From assembly GCA_040954595.2 (NCBI GenBank), contig CM082585.2:7341808-7405807 (forward strand): a DNA stretch of 64,000 nt, given 5' to 3'. Position numbers and translations under genes: made by a program. The notes beneath the pieces are model-generated. The model saw nothing but the letters and a program-made list of their open reading frames with translations, did no database searches and had not been told where the DNA came from. This document shows positions 1-13,497 of the stretch, piece after piece. This stretch comes from Balanoglossus misakiensis (Eukaryota; Animalia; Hemichordata). Each line of letters begins with the position of its first letter. Positions within the stretch are counted from its first letter, which is position 1.

Positions 1-834
1 CAGAACCGTGCTGGGTAAAAATCTCAGCACATGTTGTAATTTAATGCATTTTGAAATTGGGAAAGATTGTAGATTATCACTGGTGTGAATTCTCCATTGG
101 AGAATGCCTGTTAGCATAACGAAATGCAAAGTTGGTGTTGTTTTTACACATATCGTATGTGGCCTTTATTTTTCACTCAATCTGTCTTTGCAGAAACAGG
201 GGGCACATCAGATAAAGCGAAGCGAAATGTTTGGCATTTTACAACTTCCAATAAAAAAATTCATTGATCATAAATATGGTATTTAGCCTGATGGTGGTTG
301 AAGATAGTGGAAATTGAAGTAGGGATAGTAGATTTATTTAGAGGTTATGGCTAGTCATCCGAGGTTATGACAATAAGTAGTAAAGACCAGAAGAGAGGGG
401 TTCTGACTGTTCTTGATGATAAATCAAGTTTCTTTCAGAAAGCCTGCTGTCGTGAGACGTGAGACGTTACGACCACAGATCATGGTGTCAAAGGGAAAGT
501 TGATGGTAAAAATATTTGACAATTAAGATGTGCTTGGACTGAACTAGGTCTGGTGGTATTGCGTTGTAAGGGTCAGACCACACTGACTGATCTGAGACGG
601 TGTGATTGGTTGATGGAATTCATGATTGGTGGAGGGTGATTTGCAGCGAAGTTTTTGTTGCCTTTTCAAATATTTAGCAGAGAGATTGAATCAGAGCCCG
701 GCTTACATGTATTTCATAAGATGTCTGATTGGCATGCGTGGTACTGGACTGATAGCATTTTGATGCTACATGTATATCTTCCAGTTTTTGTGTCTCTGTA
801 TATGCCCAGGACTGTGGCACAATATCGCACTTGT

Positions 835-930
835 AACTTTTTTACCACCACACCCCCTTTTGTTTCTGTTTAGGTCCAACTTTGCTATAGAACCTACTGG
901 ATTTAGACCGAACTACTTCGGTGAAAGGGG
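835..930 (-). mobile_element. Degenerate copy of the same MITE family
   Basis: aggtccaactttgctatagaacctactggatttagaccgaactacttcggtgaaaggg aligns to the 18817 copy; the left end is decayed. Confidence 0.55.
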
Positions 931-3900
931 GATAATGAGAATAGAATGTGCGTATTGTGGTTGCATTTATGCACACAGTCTTGTAACATCATTGGCATCT
1001 TCCGCCCATAGAACACAGCAGTGATGTCTCCTCATCACATTATTCCATACTTGTTGGCTAGCTTTTCTAACTAAGTACTAACATCTTCGAGTTGACATAA
1101 GGTCAGCAGAAAGGCAGCTTTGACAATTTCTTGCTTGCAGGGGAGATGTCAAAGGTCAACAATCCCCGAGTCCAAGCAGAGTCTGTCATGGGGGCCTCAT
1201 AATTGAACAATCTCGCTCGTCACAGAGACGACTGGTTACATAAATGTCACCGTGATTTGCGATTTGGGTGTTTAAAAATCTCTAGACTAATCAACAGTTA
1301 AGATCCTCCGAGGTTGATAATTTTATCAACAGATGCTTCCCAGGGCTGATAATTTTATTGTGTGATGTTGTTTCCAATCGTGGCCAGTTGTTGATGCGTA
1401 GGGATAAATCATTTTCAATCAATATGTGGACTGATGCCAACAACTTGAATTCTCTGATCTTATTCTCTATAAAATCAAAAATATTACCTTATAATGGAAA
1501 CAGTAACTGCTTTTAAGACTGACCCACAGCAATAAAAAAGAAAATTTATATGCAAGATGCGTTGGTCTTCTACTGTTTCTGAAAGACTCATTACTGTATG
1601 GACAGTAATTCACTATTTCTCCGGACGCATTTTTGAGTCTAGTGCACGGTATCCAAAATTTATGACTTTTTCAAAACATTTCTGACTGACGCTATTTTCA
1701 AAGTGGTTTGCTCTGAATGGAAACCAAGAGAGGTTGCCTCTGACGACTACAGTACAAGTCATCCCATCTGGATTAATATTTCAAACCTGTTTGTTGCATA
1801 TTGCACTATCTATTAATAACGGTGGCTCTCGCGAGGCCGTACAACAATGCAATGCACTTTCCTAGGGTCAACCAGAACACTGAACATTTTGCCATCTCTT
1901 GTATCAAACAGGATATTAACTTCGAAATACCCAACAGAGTCTTTTCAGGAGAATTCTGGAGGGGAGACAAACAATCTGCTTTTAATTGTAAATATTTCCG
2001 CCAGTTCGTACTTTTCATGTCGAGCCATTACTGAAGTTTTCACTTTTCAAGTGCCAAAGAATGATCATACTCACATACAGATTGATTAGTCGGTGGTTCC
2101 TGTTGTTCGGGATGAGGGAATTCGCGGCGGTGTATTGTGTGTGTTTTGTCTGGTGGAGTTCGATGACTCAACTCAATCCCATGCACACTGCTTGAACTGC
2201 AGATCTACTCAGGTAGCACTGCAGTGCAACAAGAACAGAAACATACGCAGACTGTGCCTCCTAATTAGTTAAGCAAACGTAACCCTGTCAGGCTGTCCGC
2301 CCCGCACTGTTTAACCAAATGCTTCAACACTGTCGTTGATTTATGCCGAGGGACTTATGGACCCACATGCCATAGAAGAATGTCTGCAGCCCTGGTTCAG
2401 CTCCTCCCTCCCCAAGTTGCCATGCACGGTCAAATTGGTTTTAACATATACATGGTACATGGCATCCCTCTGTCAAAAAGGGCCCTGTGCACCCCCCCCC
2501 CCTTTAGAAATTCCCTCAGGTGATCAATTATTGATTTACCCACAAGAAACATACAGGACAAATTTCTCCAATTATCCAGATATTGCTGAGTTTCCTCCCC
2601 CACAGTAATTTACAACTGACGGAAAATTGGCCATAAAGTCATCTGTGCAGTCGGGTATATACTGAACGCACATGGGCGATACGTCTTGTAATGATCCCTA
2701 TTTAGATTAATTTCAGGAAAAGCTGGGGTTTAATCAAGCCTGCCTGTATTGCTGTATGTTGTTTTGGCATGGGAGGCTTGTAAATCTCCCTGATTGTAGC
2801 ATTACTGAGCTCTGCGTTCAACGGTTGAATCAGTAGCCGGGTGAGTTATAGTCACTGTGTGTGTGTGCGCTGACTATGTGGAATGGTACGTATAATAGCA
2901 GGCCGGAATTACCTATTTAGACTCAAATCATATTCTCATTGGAGTATTTAACCCTGTTGTTCTTATTGTGCATTGCTACTTGAAGGCAAGAAAACAGCCA
3001 GGCTGGATAAACACTGGTAAAAAAAAACCCAGAAAATCCAGAGCAGCAAACAAGTGTCTGGACAAACAAAACTTTTCCAATTACTCTTGTGCCACTTGAA
3101 GCCAAGACTAAGGGTAAACATGAGGGTAGCTTTTTCCAAGAAACCATGTATCACATGGCAATTAATGATTGCACTCCCTGGGTCCTTTGAAGTGGGTTCA
3201 TTCTGCAGTCAGGAGTAAGAGCATCTAAAAAGTACAAGTCACCTGGGCATTTATGTGCCGTTGGTGCAAACTCATTTGTTGGACACGATGTGCAAAATTA
3301 GCTGTCACTTTCCGTTTAAGGTGAAGTATACCTTAGAAAAGTGCTGCGGTCATGGTCAATTCATCACAATCAGCAATTTGATGAAACCTCCCAAAATCGG
3401 GACAACAAAACCCCGTGCAAATGATACATCGGCTATTAAATTGAATTCTGAATACCTGAAGACGACATTTGGGGTTGTGTGTACTAATTAAGCGTAGCCC
3501 TCCGGGGGACTTTTTGTGCTTGGTTGCATATGCGCTGAATTTCCATGAACTGAGTCATTTGACTGGAGAAGTTCGTTGCCTCTCAAATCCAGGTACAAGC
3601 TTGTTCGGTGATTAGAATCTTAGCAATCTGCGTTTATCACTGATTTTAAAGTGGATTTTTGAGTTGTTGTTAAACATCACCTGTGTGACTGTTTTTTCAC
3701 TGTGTTGCCACGGTAATTAGCTGGTTGGTTATATCAATCTACCAGCTGTAAAAAGGCAAATAAAACCACAAGGCAAAGAATTACAAGCATACAAACTGTA
3801 ATAGGATTAGTGAACACTTTAATGCCAGTTCGTTTACAAGTGTTGTATCAATTGATTGACAATGGCAGACGAGCAGAGATATCCCCTTGGACTTGACTTT

Positions 3901-6900
3901 ACTAGAATTAAGTTTGTTTTTTCATGAATGGGCATGCTGTATTTTCAGTGGGTCAATAAGGTCTATGCACAATGAATAAGCTTCATGTAAAGCCTGCAGT
4001 TGGAATTATGGATTATGTACGTTACAGACTTGAGGAGTGCCATTAACCAATGGTTCAGTTAGCAGAATAGGATATTCTCAAATAAAAATAACCAAAAAAT
4101 TGAGTATTTGAAATTAGTGGCTTTTGGTCATTCAGTGTATCTGCCCACATGACAAGTATGTTTTAGGTATGTTTAAAAGGTATGTTACAACTGTGTAGCA
4201 AGTATGATGCAAGCCGTGAATTCTCCCCTTCAGTGCGTTGTAACGATGTTACATGGACCATTGCACGTGCCAAGCAAGACTGCCTGCAATGAAAATGCTT
4301 GTCGCTAGAACCCAGACTGACAACCATTCACAGTGTGGCACAGATCGTATTTGTAGCAAAGATACATTCCGTCAAACACACAGTCATTTCAAATGTCAAA
4401 CAACCAGATCAACGAGATAGGAACCGAAAATAATCTCCATTTCCGATACTGTGGTGATATTTTCGTTGCTAAAAGTTTCTCAAAGCGATATCGTACGGTT
4501 TACTCGTCTTGGTTCCAAAATAATGGAAAGTTAATCTGATGCTGTGTAATTGTTTTGCACCAATAGCTTTGAGGGCATTTAGGTTTTTATGAGGGGGTGG
4601 GGGGTGGTTATAAAATACTAGAAATGGTGCATGGCTGTTAATTATTACAGCGAGGTAACATGCGCACTGATTTGGAAAACAATCATGCTGATGAATTAAG
4701 ACTAATTTCCTAAGTTCATTATGGGATCATTTGTGTTTTAGACCTGGCTGTCAGAATAACACAACAGTTGATGATTTGAGGTATTGTATGTTGGTTTCCT
4801 AAGAAACTATTATATGTGGAGACAAATGTTTTCAAGAGAATACACCTGATTATTTCTAAAAAAAATGAAAGAAAAGGATTGATTGGCTACCTTATAGGTG
4901 TTCAAGATCAAGTATCCAATCAGGTGGCTCTAATTCTGCATATGAAACCAGCAGAAGTGAAATAATTATAAAAGGACAGAGATAGAGCAATAGTTTGATT
5001 GGGTTTCAAAATGTTTCAATATTCTATGTTTAAGTTCAAACTGTCAGTTTCAAACTGTCAGTCTAAAATGAAAGGTTAGAACTCCCTTGCATTTGATGTG
5101 TAGCAAACAACTACACGTGACTCATGATGACTGATGAAGCTTTTTGTAAACACAACTGCGAAGCAGATGAATATGTGACATCTTGCGTAGTGTTTATCTC
5201 GCTGAGTGAAATCTATCACACGTTGCCTTTTATAAGATCATTCCTTGTTTGTATGGCTCTGTCAAGCCTTTTGTTGCAGTGTGGGTCCCCTCGCATACAC
5301 CACCTGTTTCCAACACTGTGTCCGATACAAATAAAGCCGTGCGCGATCGGTGTCAGTGATGCGAACAAACAGCTGAGGCACTGTGCTTGACTCTGTCATC
5401 GATACAGGTAACTTGTCATTGCTACCAGCTATTATCAAGAGCCACGGCGCTCCCGATAATCAATAACTTCATGTATACACACTCGCTCTTCCCCGACACA
5501 ATCATTTCAGCGCCGTGTGATTTTATTGAAACGGAGAATTAACTCCCCAGAAAAAGTGCTACAGCTTGGTGCCACTCTTTGCTGACACCTTTAATATAGT
5601 CTGTCTTGACACGCCAGATGGGACCGGTTCTCACAGTTTGAATATTACCACCACTTCATATTTGCGGAGAATTCATCATTACTCAACGAAGAAATGATAT
5701 TACCTTTTTAAAAAAATTGCCCCTGCCCGATATTGCATTTTAGGGAAATAATCAGAACTAAACTCTCTGAATAGATCTGTATTACCTATGATAATCAAAT
5801 TTAAGTGAGAGCTTTTGTAGTGTTGATACAAAATAATGTGATTCAGTGCAGTTTATAAGGAAATTCTTTACAGGGCTAGCACAAAACCCATATCAGTAAT
5901 CGCAAAATACCAGTAAATGTGAATTATTATTTCTATAGTGGCAGTAGTACCAGCAGTAGCCGTTTAGACATCTTTCTTTCTACGTATATACAGCTATAAA
6001 CACCCACACACATCACCCAATATAACTTGTATTTTCAATCAATGATATTCTGCCGAACACTTAGGGTGGGTGAGGAAAATGTTTCATGTCTTGTGGTGTT
6101 TGCTTTTATGGAGGTTGCTTTATAAAGGGAACTGGAAACAGTGTTCAGTTTAGAACGGGATTTTCACTGTACCATCTAATAACTGATATGGGCAGGATAC
6201 GCAGTGTTATTGGCAATCAAGTTACGATGATTAAACGGCAACAATCTAAAACGCCCTCTTTGTCGTTCAATTTGACCAACTAATATAAATGGTGACATTG
6301 GCCTGGCAGCCATCGTAGATCAATTCTAATACCATTTGCATCCTGTGTTGTTCAGTCTGATCTATTACAGTAATCAGTTACCAGGTTTTGTGACGTGATG
6401 GAGTCGATATCCCATGCATGGTGACACTTCAATATTAAATTGCAGTTTCACGTTCAAATAAAAGAAACGCTTTCAAATAATGGATGTGTGTCTTTGAGAC
6501 AAACGCATGCAGGTAAAGCCTTGATGAAAATATGATAACATGCCAAAGTGCATTGATGGAGGTATTAGTTATGTTTATCCAAACTTAGGATCTAGAAGCT
6601 AGTTTCAGGTTAGTAATGGGCTTTGTAGAGTGATTAATGCTGAAGAAAGACCAATAAGATCAAAATTCATTGGGGCCATTCCTGCCCCTTTGAAATGATT
6701 AGGGAAATCACGTACAAAATTAACAGAACATTTGTGCTTCATATCAGATCATGAAGACAATTTATCACAGATGTGCATTTTCAATTATAAAGTCAAACTT
6801 TCAAACTAGCTTCTTGGCACACTACACAATAAATTACTGCATTGTGCCCGCTCCATTCAAGAACAAGCCCCGTGTCCCACAATATAGATTCTGCAGATGT

Positions 6901-9796
6901 AGTAAATGGAAGATGGCAATCAATAGCTACGTGCGAGCTGTTCGCTGTAATATGGACCGTCGGTGATACCACGTTCAAATGAAGTTTCAATTGCTTACCT
7001 ATCTTAATGGAGTTTATGTGCGCTGAATAGCATAATCCTGAGCAGAACTAAAAGCAGATGTTGTCCTCTGAACAGAGGTCAGCTTTTACAGTGTTTCCAC
7101 AGCGAGTCGAACACTACGATCAGATGGAACATACAGTACCTTCTGGACAGGATGAGATATACGGCCGCAAATAATTTGTTGCACTTTTTGATTTCCTGTG
7201 TGCTTTCTCTGAGGCAGCCCGTCAAACTGTTATTACTGTAAAAGGCCATCCACTTAACATTAATATTCATCACATATGTTAATCAAAGCGATATGGCCAC
7301 ATAAAATATTAATGACCCTGCTGAATTTTTCCCATCCAATTTCAGCCATCAACTTAAGGAGGTTTTCTCCCATGTCAGCCAGCATATGCTTGTTGCTTAG
7401 GTAGTAAATTAGACTGAGTCAACAAATGTTCCCTGTGTCATCAGAGAAACTGGTTTTCGCTTTTATAGTTTTTACATTCAGCCAGTTGCAGCCGAAGTTC
7501 AGTCTGTTATTTCTAATTAAATGAATCGCACGATCGAAGGTAGCAATTGCTACTTATTTAACCATTTTGCGTAATTGTGTTTGATTTGACAGAGAGAAAC
7601 ACATACTGTAGGTCATAACACAACCAGTAATTACTTAATAAAACTGAAGGCAAGCCTAAATTTGGAACAAACATTTCTCTGAAGATGGCCATCATTACAT
7701 TTGTCTCCATGAATACTAGAGTATCATAGATGTTTAACCGTCGATAGTTGCGAGGGCCTGTAATTTGATACCTTCCAAACAGGGATTTCAATATTTGCAC
7801 TTTTAAATATTATTAAACTTTGATGTATATGGTCGCATAATATCATAGAATTTCAAAAAAACTGTGGAAGAATGTAAAGCAGAAAGATATTTAGCCAGTG
7901 AAATATAATCTGAATTTTAAAAATTTGATCTGTAAAATGCTATCAGAATTGCATTTCCCGTCAAATAGGTATTTGTCAGATCTTGTTTCGCGGCTATAAG
8001 ATTTCACTCTTTAAGTTGATTTTGATAGTATTCTAATCTTTATTGATGAAATATTAGATGTGGATAAGCTCTGCATTTGCAAATGATACATGTAGATTCT
8101 AATTTCCTTTCTTTGGTAGCAGTTGGATGTTGAACGAGGTTTGTTAAAAAGGGGTTAGCAATGCGTGCGAGTATTGAAGTTTCAAGGATGAGTTCATCTG
8201 TATTTCACTCTGTTTTTGCAAGTTATTTCATTGATTTATTTTTTCATGTTAAGGATGGAAGTGCGGTGATTTCCTGAGGTTATTGAATTGATTATGAGTT
8301 GCTCCGGAATTTTCCCATGTGTGACATCAAATCAACTCTTCCAGAATGCTCAATTCCCACGAGACTGCCTCTAAACATGTTGCGTTGTTGTTAAGCCGCT
8401 TCGGGTAAAAAAGCATATTAGTTCAGGGATAATTTTTAAAAAGCATATCTGTAAATACACCCCATGGGTTCTTCTTTGTTGCGCGTTCATTCAATGCAGA
8501 GAGGAAGGGTTATAAGCTGTGCTTTAATCAACCGTATACAGATAGACCATGTGGGATGATGAATTTAAAAGTTCATTGGGTCTTCTGAAAAGTCTTTTGA
8601 GATTTTACTATGTAGCAATGTGATCAGATCTCCCCAGATTATTTCATTTTGAATTTCTAAACACACTGACTGATCGATGGATAATTTTTTTATCGCGAAC
8701 TCTGACAAAATGATGAATGAATGTGTTCGTTTTCTTTTATGGAGTGGGAGTTTTGGGGGGACCCGATCACCTTTCGCGGAAACACTCCTCAAGTCATGTC
8801 AGTAACAATTATGTTGTGGAGGGGAGGGACACACATGGCCGGGACACTTGTCATGTGCATCCTCCAGAGCCCAAGAGATGATGAATGGAGCTATTAAGCC
8901 TGGACATTAACAAAACCCCCGAGTGCTCTATGTACATGACAGCTCCGTGCTTGGTAACATTTTTCGCATTTATGGGGCCAATGGCCACCCAGGGAATGGG
9001 GGTTGACCACGCGAGATACATGCTAATAGATAAATGATCAATATGCCTCATTTAGGCGATATCTCATTAATGTGGGATGTTCAGTATTATTAAGATCACC
9101 TCGAGATAACTGGATATAAGAACAAAGTAAACTTGGGAACAATAAATCAACCAATCTTTGTAAAAACTGATCTTTGTAGTCTAATCCCATGGGGATGGTG
9201 ATCCCAGACCATCCACACCATACATTTTAAAAGCCTTTGTTAAAACTATTATAGGTTCTTTTTCATGTGATATTATCGATCTTGATTCTCTGAATTCTGC
9301 AGGGGTTTATAATTTTGTCACACACAGCCCACAATAAGTAACATTCACATAAACTAATCAAATTTTGACAGGAAAATCTTGGGAACAATGCAAAAAGTTG
9401 CAGCACGTGGGCTTTGAGGGTTTCGACATTTGAACGTATTATGAATAGAACAAAGAAACATATGGCGAAGTTTGTCAACAAGAAAACTGTGTGAAAAATT
9501 TGTGAATTCACAGATACTGGACGTGTAGCCCTTTCCTTGACCTTAAACTCTTCTTTCAAAAGAAGTGGTCCCTGGGGTAATTTCTGTCGTCAGATATAGA
9601 TTGGATGATTTGTCAGTTCGGCTTGCCTTGGACTTTAATGAACTTCAAGATAACCTCAAATCACAGAAAATGTGCAGTGCATGTCAAATTTGATGTCATC
9701 TATAAGGTAACAGTGGTTCTCACAATGTGCTAATGGGGGAAGTGCCCCCAAGTTGTCAATATGATCTTTTCTGAATATGTGAATTTTTTCTCCATC

Positions 9797-9979
9797 CATA
9801 CATACATACATACATACATACATACATACATACATACATACATACATACATACATACATACATACATACATACATACATACATACATACACACATACACA
9901 CATACATACATGTACATACATACATACATACATACATACATACATACATACATACATACATACATACATACATACATAC
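9797..9979. repeat. (CATA)n microsatellite
   Basis: Read directly; source of the spurious YVCM/IHTY ORFs. Confidence 0.98.
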
Positions 9980-12900
9980 CAATTAACAATTAGAAATAGA
10001 TGAACTTTGAAGAGTATAATTCAATATCAAGTTTCACATTTTGATAGAATGCATGTGGTCAAAAGTTGTCATTTTACATTTGGGGTTTTATGTTTGCTAT
10101 ATGACTCCGTAGTAAGGTTAGGTCACTTTACGTAAAGGTTTTTCACTTAAATGGGGAAATGCGTCAGCTGAAAGCAAAGAGTAGGGAATGTGGCGTGACA
10201 TAGAAACCTTTTACATATGGGTCTGCTGGGAGCTACATTTATGTGATCCATAAATTCACTCTGTTTGCGTGCAGTTGTCTGAAAAAATCTTTATCAGCGC
10301 GGTGATATCAGAGGGGTTACTATATGCGAGTACAGTGTATAATATCGACTTTGGAGTTGATTTTGATATGTGGATCAAATGGGGTCAGGGGTCAAGTTGA
10401 TTCCCAGCGTTGGTTTAATGCCGCGGCTTTGTTCCCATGGTGATGGTTAATGTCCTTTGCCAAATTACATCAAATTGTTGAAAGTGGATTTTGACACAAT
10501 AAACCTCTTCAATTGAGTCGAAAGAAGGATGTCAAAGGAAATGACGATTGACACAAGGCCTCGGAGATGAGCACTTGAACTTGGACATCAAACTAGGGAA
10601 AGTGCCTATCAAGATAACGCAAGATTTACTACCCACAATGCAACTGTGCTACTCTGCCCTGAAATTAAGTTATGCAGTTGATGAAATCGTGAGAAATCAA
10701 AAGAAGTGGTCATACCGCAGAAAAATAGCCAAAAAAAAGAGATGAATCTGAGATCCGAGTCAGATTTCAAGCTGAACTGGTAAAATTAAACTGGTAACCA
10801 ATTAATTGGTCAGATTTCAACTGGCTAGGACCCAATGAAATTTCGCAACTTCCATCATCAGAAGCCAATGAAGCAACACTTATATAACAGAACTCCAGAA
10901 GCCAAATCTGATTTCACCACTTGAAACAAAAGCAGGGAAACCTGATCAAATAATGGGGAGTGAGTTCAGCCATGAATGCCAATAAAAAACCGAGTGACTT
11001 CACAAGAGGCATCAGCTTACAGATGGGTTAGACATTGTCCTCTGTTGGCTGGCTTCTTCTAATACCTTTTGTAAGGCAATTCAAAAAAAGGTTTCAAGTT
11101 TTATGACTTGTAAATATGTGCGTAATTTACGAGGTGATGTGATTTCAGCAATAACTGTAAGGTGAAGCCAAGCATTGACACGTACATTCAGAAGACGACT
11201 CATCAGAGCCGTCAATTCGAATAAAGCATGCTATGTAAGAATTTGATGCTGTCGGCAGTTTCCCAATTAATGAATGTATAAGTAGTAAAGAGTCTCAGAG
11301 TGTCTCTTGCATACACACACAGAGTCCTGTCATCTCTGTCCATCCTCTTCCCTCCCTCTCCCCTCCCCGTGGGGAACAAGCACAATGGAATCTTGCAAAC
11401 AATGATAGCACCCTTGATTTCATATCCACAATCAAAACAGTATATCCAGCTTTGTTGTGTGCATAAAGCCTGAAAGCCCTGTTTGTTATGGGCAAAACAT
11501 ACAGCTATAAACTATCTTTCTCTGGTGGCTACTAATTTCCTTCTGCTGTCTTCCAGCCATCTTCCACACCACTGGTTCAGTTCCACGAAAAGGGGATAAA
11601 ATCAAGCTCGTATTAATTACACACCCAGAACGTTAACTTTACAGTATAGCAAGGCTACAAAGCTGGAATTTTATTACGAGGTGTATCGCAACGCCGCAGA
11701 ACCGTGACGACGAGATTGCATTTCTGTAATATGATTATTTTTGAAGCTTGACTGTCAGCAGACAGATGGAATTCAACAGTGTTAGGTCTTAGTGTCACGT
11801 ATCAGTTGAGAAGTTTGTCAAGATAATTGAAAATTCTTTGTTGAGAAGTTTGTCAAGGTAAATTGAAATGTCCTTTTTCTCTCTCAACATTCTCTGTCTT
11901 GTCACGAAAAGGAAGCGATTTTATGGAAGTTGGCATCAATTAAACTAAACTGTGAATTAAAATGCTCGACAGTGAACATGTTGTCCATTACACTCTCTTA
12001 GGAAGCGTTTGCTGGTAATGAGGGAACTACAGGCAATGTACAGTTAAAGTGTTTTCACACGCAAATTGGCATGTAGAAATTTATCCTCAAATTATAGTAA
12101 AGTGACAAACATGAGCCACCTCACTTGTTACTAGTCCTGGTTCGTTTTTAGTTGCTCCGAGGTCACCTAACAGCCTTTTCTGGTAATTTGTGTAGGGAGG
12201 CATAGTATTTTCTCGGTCGTTAAAAAAAGTGGAGCAAAGGAATTTTTGTGGCTTGATTAATGATATTTTGGTGTGTGTTCACCTTAGACATTTTTTTCAG
12301 ATGGGAACAGTATCATGTGATACAATTCTTAGGGAACAAAACACTAACTTAGTAGTCTTTGAATTTTTTTTAAATTTTATGAACAGTTGCGGTGCTGTGT
12401 ACATAATTAGTAACACATGCATTTGCCTTTTCATGAAAAGTAAGAAATACTTTTAAGAAATAAGAATGCCTTTGATTGAAAAACATGAGAATACCCTTGT
12501 AGTCGTCAGTTTTAATATCGTCCTTTGAAGATAGCCGAGTATTTGCAATATTGGGGAATATTTTAATTCCCAACCGTTTGTTGTAAGCACTGAAAAAAAA
12601 GTACCAGTGACTCAGAACATTGTGTCGTAGTACTTGCAGTAGCTTTGGAAAACGTCCAATGTGATGATGTTTGATGGCTCTTGCATAGTATCTGAAGATG
12701 GACACCAGTTCATAACGTGGTTGTCAAAACTGGTTTCCAGAGTGGTTGCTATTGTGACGTCCTTCTGTCTGTTGACAGGTTTCGCGACACTTATTCTACT
12801 CGATATATAGATAAGATTTTTTTTCCTCAAGCAGAATGTGTAATACCAAGCTGAACCTGTCAAGCGTCACACACGCTGACAGGGGGTTATAGGAAATTTA

Positions 12901-13412
12901 ATTATGGACTCTTTTTTCCCACTTCTGATATCTGGGCCATCTAGGCCATCAATCGGATTGGTAATTGGATGTTCAACACTCTGAAACCTGAAATTTTAGA
13001 TGTTCTTGATTTGGCGTGTAGGACTTGTTGTAAAGGGTTGTACAAATTGTAGCAACAATGCCCATTCAGGGGTAATTACTGGATGTGCGACGATTAAATT
13101 ACTCCCATCTCCTCCAGTTACTTGAATGGCCTGGATCGGTTCCTGACGTACATCCAAATTCAAGGGTATACGTATAGCTGTACTATTCTCTGGGCAATGT
13201 GATTAAACACGACTCTAACCTTGGGCACATTTCGATTCCAGGCCATGACGGAGACACTGAATATATACGTGGTTGACAAAATGTCGAATTGAGAAGTTGA
13301 ACATTGGTCATTTCAACAGACTATAAATAGAGGTTAGAACCAGAAACTTGCAGATGATGCATAGAACAAAAATATGCGAGAGAAAAAAAGGCACAGGGTA
13401 TTGCCCCTTTAA

Positions 13413-13497
13413 CCCTTTCTCCACTATAGTTTGGTCCAAATCCATTGTTTCCTATGGGGAAAGTTGGATCTCTATACAGGGAACTGCGGTTAAAGGG
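13413..13497 (+). mobile_element. piggyBac-like MITE, same family, degenerate right end
   Basis: TTAA CCCTTTCTCCACTATAGTTTGGTCCAAATCCATTGTTTCCTATGG... aligns to the 37439 copy. Confidence 0.7.

Noticed and set aside
9656-10003. ORFs of repeated YVCM/IHTY peptides
   Set aside because: Translations of the (CATA)n microsatellite.
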